Assembly (NCBI GenBank): GCA_030390025.1
Contig: JASTWF010000288.1
Span: 434,001-498,000 of the forward strand
Length of the DNA stretch: 64,000 bases
Direction: 5' to 3'
Origin: Squalus acanthias
Taxonomy: Eukaryota
Shown here one piece after another: positions 13,470 through 26,838 of this stretch. The notes beneath the pieces are model-generated. The model did not search any database. It was not told where the DNA came from and saw nothing but the letters and a program-made list of their open reading frames with translations. Both the position numbers and the translations under genes were made by a program. Position 1 is the first letter of the stretch. The number at the start of each line of letters is the position of its first letter.

Positions 13470-14770
13470 CAAGAAAGGGTGTATGGACAATCCTAGTAAC
13501 TACAGGCTGGTCAGTTTAACATCAGTGGTGGGTAAAGTTTTAGAAACAATAATCAAGGAAAAAATTAACGGGCACTTGGAGAGGTTTAAGCTAATTAAGG
13601 AGAGCCAACACGGATTTGTAAAAGGCAGGGAATGCAATGGATGTTGTCTACATGGATTTTAGGAAGGCGTTTGACAAAGTACCACATAGAAGGCTGATTA
13701 GCAAAATTGAGGCTCATGGAATAGGTGGGTCAGTGGCAGCTTGGATAAGGAATTGGCTTAAAGACAGAAAACAGCGAGTTGTGGTAAATGGCTGTTTTTC
13801 AGACTGGAGGATGGTAGACAGTGGTGTTTCCCAAGGGTCAGTGCTGGGGCCACTGCTTTTTTTGATATAAATGACCTGGATATTGGAATACAAAGTAGAA
13901 TTTCTAATTTTGCCGATGACACCAAACTTGGGGCTGTGGCAAATAGCGAGGATGATACCAATCGACTGCAACAGGACATAGAAAGGCTAGCAGAATGGGC
14001 AGACAAGTGGCAGATGGAATTTAATGCAGAGAAGTGTGAGGTGGTGCATTTTGGCAGAAGGAACAGGGAGAAGCAATATACACTTAATGGCACAGTTTTA
14101 AAGAGTATGAAGGACAGAGGGACCTGGGAGTTAATGTGCATAGGTCCCTGAAGGTGGCAGGACATATTGCGAGAGTGGTTACCAAAGCATATGGGATCTT
14201 GGGCTTCATAACTAAGGTATTGAGTACAAAAGTTGAGAAGTTATGCTGAATCTTTATAAAGCGCTGGTTAGGCCACAACTGGAGTATTGCGTCCAGTTCT
14301 GATCACCACACTTTAGGAAGGATGTGAAGGCCCTTGGGTGCAGAGGAGATTTACCAGAATGGTTCCGGGGATGGGGGAATCTTAGCTACAAGGACAGGTT
14401 GGAGAAGCTGGATTTGTTTTAATTGGAACAAAGGAGGTTGAGGGGTGATTTGATAGAGGTGTACAAGATGATAACGGGTTTGGATAGGCTAGACGGGGAA
14501 AGGCTGCTCCCACTAGTTGATGCTACAAGGACTAGGGGACACAGATTTAAGGTTTTGGGCAAGAGATACAGGGGGATGTGAGGAAAAACTTTTTTACGCA
14601 TTGAGTGGCGAGGACCTGGAATTCGCTACCGACGGAAGTGGTGGAAGCGGACACACTCAATGTTTTCAAGGGGAGACTGGATAGGCACTTGAGGGGAATA
14701 AACTTGCAAAGCTACGGGAATGACTCGATGGGCCGAATGGCCTCCTTCTGTGTTGTCATGACTCTATGAC
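13470..14770 (+). mobile_element. CR1 LINE 3' portion (degenerate RT)
   Basis: NYRLVSLTS, DFRKAFDKVPH, SQGSVLGP, FADDTK; CR1 tail GATGGGCCGAATGGCCTCC. Confidence 0.9.
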
Positions 14771-15344
14771 CATCTATGAGAGGGGGAGAGGAGATAGAGT
14801 GTGAGGGAGGGGAAGAGAGGGGGAGAGGAGATAGAGAGAGAGGGGGAGGGGAGGGGAACTGGGAGGGAGGGAGAGAGAGAGGGAAAGGGTGGGGAGAGAG
14901 AGAGGAGGGCAATGAGAGAGAGAGAGACAGAGGTGGCACAGGAGTAAAATCGACTGAATTGAGTAGATTTACACAACCATGCAACCTTGCTGTTGAGTAG
15001 GGGGAGAGCGGGGCAGGATTTGTAGGTGTTACATATTACTTTTTATCGATATTTTAAAAGCATCTCATTAAGACATTTATGAAGAGAACCTAAAAAGGGG
15101 AAAAAACAAACCATTTTATTTTGTCTGTTGTTCTATTGTCCAAACAAGTCCCAAGAATAATTTAAATATAGATTTCCTCTTAAAAGTTGAGTGGAGTGTT
15201 AATAGAAACACAAGTTATGTAATGAGGTATAAAAATTCCAGGAAGCTAACTTAGAAGAAACCACTATTTGTTTATTGAGAAAGACACAGACAAGACTTTG
15301 ATTAGAACTGATATCGTACAATTTCGATTTGGTATAAATGTTTG

Positions 15345-17066
15345 AAATAGCAGATTAAAAATTGAGAGTACAATGAAGTGCAATGAAACTCCCAGAGATG
15401 TTGGGGAACATCGGGTCTGATGAAAGGGAGGAATTGAATGAAATCAGTATTTGTAGGGAAATGGTGTTAGGGAAATTAACGGGATTGAAGGCCGATAAAT
15501 CCCCAGGGCCTGATAATCTACATCCTAGGGTACTTAAGGAAGTGGCCCTAGAAATAGTAGATGCATTGCTGGTCATCTTCCAAAATTCTATAGACTCTGG
15601 AACAGCGCCCATGGATTGGAGGGTAGCTAATGTAACCCCACTATTTAAAAATGGTGGTAGAGAAAAAACGGGGAATTATAGACCGGTAAGCCTGACATCG
15701 GTAGTGGGCAAAATGCTAGAGTCCATTATAAAAGATGTAATAGCAGAGCACTTGGAAAACAGTGACAGGATCGGACAAAGTCAACATGGATTTACAAAAG
15801 GGAAATCATGCCTGACTAATCTACTGGAATTTTTTGAGGATGTAACTGGTAGAATAGATAAGGGAGAAACAGTGGATGTGGTTATCAGAAGGCTTTCGAT
15901 AAGGTCCCGCATAAGAGATTAGCGTGCAAAGTTAAAGCACATGGGATTGGGGGTGAGGTACTGATTTGGATAGAGAACTGGTTGGCAGACAGGAAGCAAA
16001 GAGTTGGAATAAACGGGTCTTTTTCCGAGTGGCAGGCAGTGACTAGTGGGTTACCACAGGGATCGGTGCTAGGACCCCAGCTATTCACAATATATACGAA
16101 TGATCTAGACCAGGGAACTAGATGTAATATCTCTAAGTTTGCAGACAACACAAAGCTGGGTGGGCATGTGTGCTGTGAGGAGGACGCAGAGAAACTCCAG
16201 TATGATTTGGACAGGTTGGGTGATTGGGCAGATGCATGGCAGATGCAGTATAATGTGGATAAATGCGAGGTTATCCACTTTGGTGGCAAAAACAGGAAGA
16301 CAGATTATTATCTGAACGGCAATAGATTGGGAAAAGGGGAAGAGCAACGAGATCTGGGAGTCCTTGTGCACCAGTCGCTGAAGGTAAGCATGCAGGTGCA
16401 GCAGGCGGTTAAGAAGGCAAATGGTATGTTGGCCTTCATAGCGAGAGCATTCGAGTATAGGAGCAAGGATGTCTTGCTGCAGTTGTACAGGGCCTTGGTG
16501 AGACCACACCTTGAGTATTGTGTGCAGTTTTGGTCGCCTTATCTGAGGAAGGATGTTCTTGCCATGGAGTGGGTGCAGCGAAGATTTACCAGACTGATAC
16601 CTGGGATGGCAGGAATGACGTATGAAGAGAGATTGGGTCGATTAGGCTTATATTCGCTGGAGTTTAGAAGAATGAGAGGGGATCTCATTGAAACTTATAA
16701 AATTCTAACCGGACTTGACAGACTAGATGCAGGAAGGATGTTCCCGATGGCGGGGGAGTCCAGAACCAGAGATCACAGTCTAAGGATAAGGGGTAAGCTA
16801 TTTAGGACTGAGATGAGGAGGAATTTCTTCACCCAGAGAGTGGTGAACCTGTGGAATTCTCTACCACAGAAAGCAGTTGAGGCCAATTCATTAAATATAT
16901 TCAAGAAGGAGATAGATATATTTCTTAAGGCTAAAGGGATCAAGGGATATGGGGAGAAAGCAGGGACAGGGTACTGAATTTGGATGATCAGCCATGATCT
17001 CATTGAATGGCGGAGCAGGCTCGAGGGGCCGAATGGCCTACTCCTGCTCCTATCTTCTATGCTTCT
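15345..17066 (+). mobile_element. CR1 (HER1-like) LINE, RT through 3' tail
   Basis: ORFs 15383-15922 and 15982-16977: KSPGPD, NYRPVSLTS, PQGSVLGP, RPHLEYCVQFW; tail GGCCGAATGGCCTACTCCTGCTCC. Confidence 0.93.
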
Positions 17067-17829
17067 AAGTTTGTTTCCCGCTATTTAATTGCGAAGTACC
17101 TGAAATAATTTGACACTTTTCGTGATAAGAGCAGGGATTAATATTGTGGAGAATGTTTGAGAGAAAAACATTAGAAGCGAATTCATAAATTAACATCTTC
17201 ACATCAGCATATTAAACATTTCCCAGTCAGTCTGATTGGTTCTCTTTTCCAGGAAGAAAGATGAAAGTTAAATCATAGCTTTTCCTGCTTATTGTTTTTA
17301 ATTCGGTGACGCAAATGGTGTGTGTGTTTTTCTGCACTTGTAAACAAGTGCTGCATTTCTGACATGTTACAGGGGGAGAGGGTTGCTGGTTCGGGAAGAG
17401 AACGTTTATCATGCTTTGCAGATGTTTGAAAGAAAAGATAAACCCTTCTCAGAAAAGGAGGAGCCACCTGCTCCCTACCAGTTATACTGTTTCTCGAATG
17501 ACTTGTGCCTTGCCTTGTTATCACTTGGTCCAATCTGTAACTAACTAGTGTGATCCTTTTCTCCTTCGAATGGCCAATTCCTTGGCTTAGGAGATGGAGA
17601 GGATAATAATCCATCGACATCCTGCGTGGTGTTCTTCCAGTCGGTCTCGTGGACTGTCTCTTTTTCACTTTGGACTGGCTGCTCTTATGCCATTCTTGCT
17701 GACAAAAACAAGCTTTTCAGTAACTTTCCATTCTCCCTCTCCCATGGTTCCACAGAATGATGCTACCAAACAGCACTCTGGGGCAGAGTTTCCACTTTGG
17801 CCACAATCGTCGATTCCAGTGCAAATAAC

Positions 17830-19012
17830 GGGCCCTGGTGAGACCACACCTGGAGTACTGTGCACAGTTTCGGTCTCCTTACCTGAGGAAGGATGTACTT
17901 GCCATAGAAGGAGTGCAATGCAGGTTCACTAGACTGATTACAGGGATGAGGGGATTGTCCTATGAGGAGAGATTGAGTAGACTAGGCCTATATTCTCTCG
18001 AGTTTAGAAGAATGAGAGGTGATCTCATTGAAACATATAAAATTCTTACAGGGCTTGACAGGGTAGATGCAGGGAGGATGTTTCCCCTGGCTGGGGAGTC
18101 TAGAACCAGGGGTCACCGTCTCAGAATAAGGGGTCGGCCATTTAGGACTGAGATGAGGAATCTCAGAGGGTGGTGAATCTTTGGAATTCTCTACCCCAGA
18201 GGGCTGTGGAGGCTCAGTCATTGAGTATATTCAAGACAGAGATCGATAGATTTTGGAATATTAAGGGAATTAAGGGATATGGGGATAGTGCGGGCAGGTG
18301 GAGTTGAGGTTGAAGATCCGCCATGATCTTATTGAATGGCGGAGCAGGCTCGAGGGGCTGAATGGCCGACTCCTGCTCCTATCTTCTATGTTTCTATGTT
18401 TGCCTTCATTAGCCGAGGCATAGAATATAAGAGCAGGGAGGTTATGATGGAGCTGTACAAAACGCTAGTTAGGCCACAGCTGGAATACTGTGTGCCGTTC
18501 TGGTCGCCACACTATAGGAAGGATGTGATTGCATTGGAGAGGGTGCAGAGGAGATTCACCAGGATGTTACCTGGGCTGCAGCGCTTCAGCTATGAAGAGA
18601 GACTGGACAGGCTGGGGTTGCTGAGGGGGGACCTGATTGAGGTGTACAAAATTATGAGGGGCTTAGATAGGGTAGATAGAAAGGAACTTTTCCCCTTAGT
18701 AGCGGGGTCAATAACCAGGGGGCATAGTTTCAAGGTAAGGGGCAGAAGGTTTAGAGGGGATTTGAGGAAAAACTTTTTCACCCAGAGGGTGGTTGGAATC
18801 TGGAACTCACTGCCTGAAAGGGTGGTAGAGGCAGGAATCCTCACATCATTCAAGAAGCATTTAGATGAGCACTTGAAACGCCATAGCATACAAGGCCATG
18901 GATCAAGTGCTGGAAAATGGGTTTAGAATAGACAGGGCTTGATGGCCGGTGCGGACACGATTGGTCGAAATGGCCTCCTTCCGTGCTGTGACTTTCTATG
19001 ATTCGATGATTG
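17830..19012 (+). mobile_element. Two tandem CR1 3' fragments of different subfamilies
   Basis: RPHLEYC...tail (to about 18397), then RPQLEYC...TTCTATGATTCGATGA tail. Confidence 0.88.
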
Positions 19013-19299
19013 TCTCAAGATTTGAGACAGTGGGGCGGCGATATGGCATTATTGTGTATATGCTTTAAAGTATTGTTGTTGTTGTAACATTTGCCCACGG
19101 ACGAAAAGGTCGCACTCAAAGGAGTCCGTGGCCCGCTCAGTACAAAAAAACAGATTAGAGGGAACATTGGTTTGGAGTAGGGATAAAAGAAACTGAAACC
19201 CCGGCATTTGGTGCCATTTAAAAACGTCAAACACTCCGTGCAGACGCACCGTCACTGTATTCAACTCCGACTCCCATCAATTTAGATTTATTGACTGTT

Positions 19300-19520
19300 G
19301 TCATTGACTGGTTGGATTGCTGTTGATTTTCTTGCTCCAGCTCAGGACGGTCAGACTCAAAAGCAACCGGCCCTTTTGATTGACGTGAGCTCCAGACCAA
19401 TGGAGCAGCCGAAAGAGACTGGAGGACCGAGCGGGCAGTTGCTCCCCCAACCAATCGGAGTCTGAGGGGCGGGACTTGCGGCACCGAGTGGGCGGGGTCT
19501 GTGCCCAGGTGGCCAATGGT
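19300..19520. promoter_or_regulatory. Orphan CCAAT/GC-box/CRE cluster
   Basis: Three CCAAT boxes (about 19397, 19451, 19513), TGACGT (19381), GGGGCGGG (about 19466) and GGGCGGGG (about 19490) in a CpG-containing stretch I do not recognise as a repeat; no linked coding exon identified. Confidence 0.4.
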
Positions 19521-21257
19521 GAAGAGAACTGTAAGTGGCTCAGTGTGAATGCCTAGGTTAGGAGACGGGTCAGATGAAATTTAACCCAGAGAAATATGAG
19601 GTGATACATTTTGAGAGTTAAAAAAGATAAAATATACACTTAATGGTAAAGCGTTAAAAGGAATTGTAAGAATATTGGAAACGGGGTAAGTTGACATGAA
19701 TTTCTTAATGCTACTAACCAACATGCTCTGCGGGCTGTGCTGTGTATTTTGCCCAGTGTGTGGCTTATTTTGCTAATTTTCAAACTGTTAACCTTTGATT
19801 AGTGACTGACCCTTGTTACCTTCACTGTGAGGCAAAGCAGTTATATGATAAAGAGGAACAACAACCCCAAAAAGCGGAACAATAATCCAAATATAGCGGT
19901 AAAACCAGGTCAATGACGAGATATATAGAAAAGTGTGGTCAGACCTTGAAAAGCAACCTTCTACATAGCTTCAACAACTCTGGGGTACCAACGGCCCTCT
20001 TGTAACCCTCTACCCCATCACTTTCCTCTGATCCCATTCCTCCTTCCAATCTCACCCCTTGTGTTTTCACTGTCACCTCTCTGACCCTGAATGATCAGTC
20101 CTTAGCAAAGGCCTCAGCTTTATCCCCGTACACTCCCGCCTCAGTGAATTACGAGCTCGGCAAAACACTGAGCTCTTCTTCTGTCATCTTCGCCTCCACG
20201 CCGACTTCTTTGGCCAGGAGTCTTCCCCTTGCACAGCAGACCATTTCTCCCATTTTCAGAATTCTCCTTCCTGCTGGATCTCTGGCCTCTTACCCTCTCT
20301 AGATCTTTCCATTGGGAACTGCCGTCGTGACATCAGCCGTCTCAATTTCTCTGCTCCCCTCACTCACTCCAACCTACTTCCCTCTGAACTTGCAGCACTC
20401 CGTTTAATCAGATCCAACCCTAACATTAAACCTGCTGACAAGGGTGGCGCTGTTGTTGTTTGGCGAACCGACCTCTACCTTGCGGGGGGCTGTACGGTAA
20501 CTCTCCGACACCTCCTCCTACCTCCCCCTGGACCATGACCCCACTACCGAACATCAAGCCATTGTTTCCAAGACTGTCACTGACCTCATCTCCTCTGGAG
20601 ATCTTCCCCCCACGGCCGCCAACCTCATAGTTCACCCAACCCCGCACAGCCCGCTTCTCCCCCCTTCCCAAGATCCACAAACAGGACTGCCCTGGTAGAC
20701 CCATCGTTTCAGCCTGTTCTTGCTCCACGGGAAATTATCTATTCCTATCTCGACACTATTTTTTCTCCCCTTGTCCAGTCTCTTCCCACCTACATTCGTG
20801 ACTCTTCCGACGCCCTCCGCCACTTTAACAGTTTCCCGGCCCCAACCACCTCCTTTTTACTATAGACGTCCACCCCCTCTACACCTCCATCCCCCATCAG
20901 GATGGCCTGAGGGCGCTCCGCTTCTTCCTTGAACAGAGGCCCAACCAGTCCCCATTCACCACCACCCTCCTCTGCCTGGCTGAACTTGTTCTCACATTGA
21001 ACAACTTCTCCTTTGACTCCACTCACTTCCTCCAAATCAAAGGTGTTGCTATGGGAACCCGCATGGGTCCCAGCTATGCCTGCCTTTTCGTGGGATATTT
21101 GGAACATTCTTTGTTCCAGTCCTACTCGGGCCCCCTCCCTCACCTCTTTTTCCGGTACATTGATGACTGTATCGGTGCCGTTTCCTGCTTTCGCCCCGAA
21201 CTGGAAAATGTCATCAACTTTGCTTCCAATTTCCACCCTTCCATCGCCTTCACATCA

Positions 21258-21610
21258 TAGGATCATAGAAATTTATGGCACAGACAGAGCCCATTCGACC
21301 CATCGTGTCTGTGCCAACCAAAAAAGAGCTAATCCCACTTTCCAGCTCTTGGTCCGAGGTCTTGTAGTTTACGGCTCTTCAAGTGCATATCCAAGTACTT
21401 TTTAAATGTGATGATGGATTCTGCCTCTACCACCCTTACAGACAGTAGTTCCAGACCCCCACCACCCTCTGGGTGAAAAAAGTTTACGCCCCTCTAATCC
21501 TTCGACCAATTAAATTAAATCTACGCCCTCTGGCTATTGAGCCCTCTGCTGGGGAAATCGATCCTTCCCATCTGATCTAGCTCGGCCCCTCATAATTTTA
21601 TACACCTCAA
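21258..21610 (-). mobile_element. CR1 3' tail fragment inserted in the Penelope RT
   Basis: Reverse-strand LFSLQQRRLRGDL and CR1 tail. Confidence 0.8.
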
Positions 21611-22146
21611 GTAGGTCTCCCCTCAGCCTCCTCTGTTGCAAAGAAAACAACCCCAGCCTCCATCTCTGGACATGGTTCATCTCTGACTCTTCCCTTCCCT
21701 TCCTTGACTTCTCTGTCTCCATTTCTGGTGATAGGCTGTCTACCAATATCTACTATAAGCCCACTGACTCCCACAGCTAACTGGACTACACTTCCTTCCA
21801 CCCCGCTTCCTGTAAGGACTCTATTCCATTCTCCCAGTTTCTCTGTCTCCGTTGCATCTGTTCTGACAATGCCACCTACCATACTAGTCCTTCCAATATG
21901 TTTTCATCAACTGAGGATTCCCCTCCACTGTGGTTGACACGGCCCTCGACCGTGTCCATTTCATTTCCCACACTTCTGATCCCATCCCCTCCTTCCCAGA
22001 ACCACGATAGGGTTCCCCTTGTCCTCATCTTTCACCCCACCAGCCTCCACATTCAATGGATCATCGTCCGCCATTTCCATCACCTCCAGCATGATCCCAC
22101 CACCAAACACATCTTCCCCTCACCTCCCCTCCCCTCCCCTTTCAGG

Positions 22147-25100
22147 AACAAAAGCAACTACTGCAAAACAGTTATAGTGACGTCACAACCAGGGAAGGAG
22201 ACGATTGGTGAGTAGCTGGTAAGTGTTTCTAGTTAATACTCAAAAAGTAAAGGCATGGCAGGGCAGCTCAGCCCAGTGGAATGCACTTCCTGTGCCCTGA
22301 GGAAGTCCTGGACGCTTCTTGTGGCCTGGACAATCACGTGTGTGGGAAGTGTCGCCAGCTACAGCAACTCGAGCTCCGGGTTTCGGAGCTTGAGCGATGG
22401 CTAGAGTCACTACAGTGCATCCGCGAGGCTGAGAGTTACGTGGATAGCAGAGGTGGTCACCCCACAGCTTAAGAGTGTGCAGGCAGAGAGGATGGATGAC
22501 CACCAGACAGAAGAGGAGGACCAGGCAGGTAGAGCAGAAATCCCCCGAATGCATCTTGCTTGATAACCGGTTTTCAGTTCTGAGTACTGGTGGGGGCGAT
22601 GGTTCCTCTGGGGAGTGCAGCCAGAGTCAAGTCCACGGCACCACGGGTGGCTCAGCTGCACAGGGGTGGGGGAGGAAAAAAGAGTGGAAGAGCAATAGTC
22701 ATAGGGGATTCGATAGTTAGGGGAGCAGACAGGCGTTTCTGCAGCCGCAGATGTGACTCCAGGATGGTATGTTGCTTCCCTGGTGCCAGGGTCAAGGATG
22801 TCACTGAGCGGCTGCAGGACATTCTGGGGGGGGGAGGGTAAACAGCCAGAGGTCGTGGTCCACATCGTTACCAATGACATACGTAGAAAGAGGGATGAGG
22901 TCCTGCAGGCAGATTTTAGGGAGCTAGGAGAGAGATTAAAAAGCAGGACCTCAAATGTAGTAATCTCCGGATTACTCCCGGTGCCACGTGCTAGTGAGTA
23001 CAGGAATAGGAGGATAGAACAGATGAATGCGTGGCTGGAGAGATGGTGCAGGAGGGAGGGCTTTAGATTCGTGTGGCATTGGGACTGTTTCTGGGGGAGG
23101 TGGGACCTGTACAAGCCGGACGGGTTACACCTCAACAGAGCCGAGACCAATATTCTCGCGGGGTGGTTTGTTAGTGCTCTTGGGGAGGGTTCAAAGTAGG
23201 TTGGCAGGGGGATGGGAACCTGAGAGAGTAGATTTAGAAGGGAGAGAAGCAAAGCTGGAAATGGAAGGCACAAAATTAGTAAGCAAGTTTGGAAGGCAGA
23301 GGAAATAAAGGCTAGAAAATAGACAACAAGGGAGTTTGGCAGTGCTAAATGGTATATATTTCAGCGCAAGGAGTCTAGGGAATAAAGCAGATGAACTGGG
23401 GCACAGATAGACATGTGGGAGTATGATATAGCTATTACTGAGACATGACTGAAAGAAGGGCAGGAATGGCAGCTCAACGTTCCTGGTTACAGGGTTTTCA
23501 GACGAGATAGAGAGGGGAATAAAAAAGGAGGGGGATCGCAATATTGATTGAAGAAGCAATTACAACTGTGAAGAGGGACAATATGTTAGAAGGATCATCC
23601 AATGAGGCCATAAGGGTTGAACTGAAAAACAAGAGCGGCAATCACTCTGCTGGGAGTGTACGATAGACCCCCAAACAGTCAGAGGGAGATAGAAGGGCAA
23701 ATATGTCAGCACATTTCTGAGACGTGCAAAAATAGGGTAGTAATAGATGGGGATTTCAACTACCTTAATATTAACTGGGTTAAAATTAGTGTCAAAAGGT
23801 ATAGAGGGAGCAGAAATCTTAAAATGAATTCAGGAGAATTTTTTTAGCCAGTATGTAGCAAGCCCAACAAGAGAGGGGGTGGTTCTGGACTTAGTTTTAG
23901 GGAATGAAGCTGGGCAGGTGGAAGGGGTATCAGTGGGAGAGCATTTTGGTGCTAGTGATCATAATTCAGTTAGATTTAGGGTAGTTATTGAAAAGGACAA
24001 GGATAGACCAGGAATAGAAGTTCTCAATTTGGGAAGCGCTAATTTTACTAAGCTGAGATGTGATTTAGCCAAAGTGGACTGGAGACAGAAATTTGAAGGT
24101 AAATAAGTGTCAGAGCAGTGGGAGGCATTCAAGGAGGAGATAGTGAGGGTTCAGAGCAAGTATGTTCCCTTAAAGAAAAAGGGTGCGACTAACAAATCTA
24201 GAGCTCCCTGGATGTCAAGGGGCATACAGGGTAGCATAAAGAAAAAAAAGGAAGCTTATGACAGATACCGAGGACTCAATACTGCAGAAACTCTAGAGGA
24301 GTATAGAAAGTGCAGGGGTGCAATTAAAAAGGAAATTAGGAAAGCAAAGAGAGGGCATGAAAAATTATTGGCAAGTAAAATCAAGGAAAACCCAAAGATG
24401 TTTTATAAATACATTAAGAGCAAGAGGATAACTAAAGAAAAAGTAGGGCCTATTAGAGACCATAAAGGTAATCTGTGTGTGGAGGCGGAAGGCATGCGTA
24501 TGATTCTTAATGAATACTTTGCGTCTGTTTTCACAAAAGAGAGGGACGATGCAGACATTGCTATCAGGGAGGAGGAGTGTGAAATATTAGATGAAATAAA
24601 CAAAGTGAAAGAGGAAGTATTAAGGGGTTTAGCATCTTTGAAAGTGGATAAATCCCATGCCCGGATGAAAATTACCCAGACTGTTAAGAGAAGCAAGGGT
24701 AGAAATAGCAGAGGCTCTGACCATCATTTTCCAATCCTCTCTGGTACAGGTGTGGTGCCGGAGGACTGCTAACGTGGTACCGTTGTTTAAAAAGGGAGAA
24801 AGGGATAGACCAAGTAATTACAGGCCAGTCAGCCTAACCTCAGTGGTGGGAAAATTATTGGAAAAAATTCTGAGGGACAGGATAAATCTTCATTTAGAAA
24901 GACACAGATTAATCAGGGACAGTCAGCATGGATTTGTTAAGGGAAGGTCGTGTCTGACTATCTTGATTGAATTTTTGAGGACGTACCAAGGAAGGTCAAT
25001 GAGGGTAGTGCGTTTGATGTAGTGTATATGGACTTTAGCAAGGCTTTTGATAAGGCTCCACATGGCAGACTGGTCACGAAGTTAAAAGCCCATGGGATCC

Positions 25101-26086
25101 AGGGCAAAGTGTCACGTTGGATTCAAAACTGGCTTGGAGACAGGAAGCAGAGGGTAATGGTTGATGGGTGTTTTTGTGACTGGAAGGCTGTTTCCAGTGG
25201 GGTTCCACAGGGCTCAGTACTAGGTCCCTTGCTTTTTGTGGTATATATCAATGATCTAGACTTAAATATAGGGGGTATGATTAATAAGTTTGCAGATGAT
25301 ACTAAAATCGACTGTGTGGTTCATACTGAAGAAGGAAGCTGTAGACTGCAGGAAGATATCAATAAATTGGTCAGAGGATCAGAGGGACCTTGGAGTGCAT
25401 GTCCATAGATCCCTGAAGGTAGCAGGACAGGTAGATACAGTGGTTAAGAAGGATACTTGCCTTTATTAGCTGATGCATAGAATATAAGAGCAGGGAGGTT
25501 ATGTTTGAACTGTATAAAACACTAGTTAGGCCGCAGCTAGAATATTGCGTGCAGTTCTGGTCACCACATTACAGGAAAGATGTGATTGCACTAGAGAGTG
25601 TGCAGAGGAGATTTACAAGGATGTTGCCTGGGCTCGGGAATTTTAGCTATGAGGAAAGATTGGATAGGCTGGGATTGTTTTCTTTGGAACAGAGGAGGCT
25701 GAGGGGAGACCTAATTGAGGTGTATAAAATTATGAGGGGCCTAGATAGAGTGGATAGGAAGGACCTATTTCCCTTAGCAGAAGGGTCAATAACCAGGGGG
25801 CACAGATTTAAAGTAATTGGTTGGAGGTTTGGAGGGGTTTTGAGGATAATTTTTTCACCCAGAGGGTTGTGGGGGTCTGGAACTCACTGCCTGAAAGGGT
25901 GGTAGAGGCAGAAACCCTCATCACATTTAAAAAGTATTTGGATATGCACTTGTAGTGCCGTAACCTACAAGGCCTCGGACCAAGAGCTGGAAAGTGGGAT
26001 TCGGGTGGATAGCTCTTTGTCGGCCGGCACGGACAAGATGGGCCGAATGGCCTCCTTCTGTGTTGTAAATTTCTATGATTCTATGA
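22147..26086 (+). mobile_element. Near full-length degenerate CR1 LINE (ORF1 Zn-finger/leucine zipper + SGNH esterase; ORF2 APE + RT)
   Basis: ORF1: HVCGKC..LELRVSELE, IVIGDSIVRG, VVVHIVTND, DGLHLN. ORF2: GDFN, LDLVL, SDHN, NYRPVSLTS, PQGSVLGP, FADD. Tail TTCTATGATTCTATGA. Confidence 0.92.
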
Positions 26087-26838
26087 CTGCTCCCTCCACG
26101 ACACCCTGGTCCACTCCTCTATCACCCCCAACACCCCTTCCCCTCCCCACGGCACCTTCCCGTGCAAGTGCAGGAGATGCAACATCTGCCCTTTTACCTC
26201 CTTCCTTCCCACTGTCCAGGGCCCCCAACACTCCTTCCAGGTGAAACAGTGATTTACTTGTACTTCCTGCAATTTAGTATACTGTATTCGCTGCTCACGA
26301 TGCGGTCTCCTCTACATTGGGGAGACCAAACGCAGATTGGGTGACCGCTTTGCGGAACACCTCCGTTCAGTCCGTAAGGGTGACCTTGAGCTTCTGGTCA
26401 CCTGTCACTTTAATTCTCCGCTCCACTCCCACTCTGACCTCTCCGTCCTCGGCCTCTTACACTGTTCCAATGAAGCTCAACGTAAGCTCGAGGAACAGCA
26501 CCTCATCTTTCGATTAGGCACTTTACAACCTTCTGGATTCACCAATATGAGATCTGCCCCCATTTTTTCAGATAGCAGCTGTTTATGATTCTGCCATTGC
26601 CATTTACACCTCATCTCGACTCATCTTTTGTTCCTTTACTTGTCCCATTACCATCTCCTTTTGCTTTGTACCATCATACCTTTTGTCATTTAATCTCTCC
26701 TGCCTTCCACCCTATCACAGACCTTCCCTTTTGTTCTTTCCTCCCCTCCGCCCTTTCCCAGCCTCACAGCTTGCTTAAAAATCTGTTACATCTCTAACTT
26801 TTTCCAGTTGTGACGAAAGGTCATCGACCTGAAACGTT

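Noticed and set aside
17273-17865. Minus-strand ORFs of 131 and 66 aa in unassigned sequence
   Set aside because: No recognisable domain, stops in all frames, no convincing splice sites.
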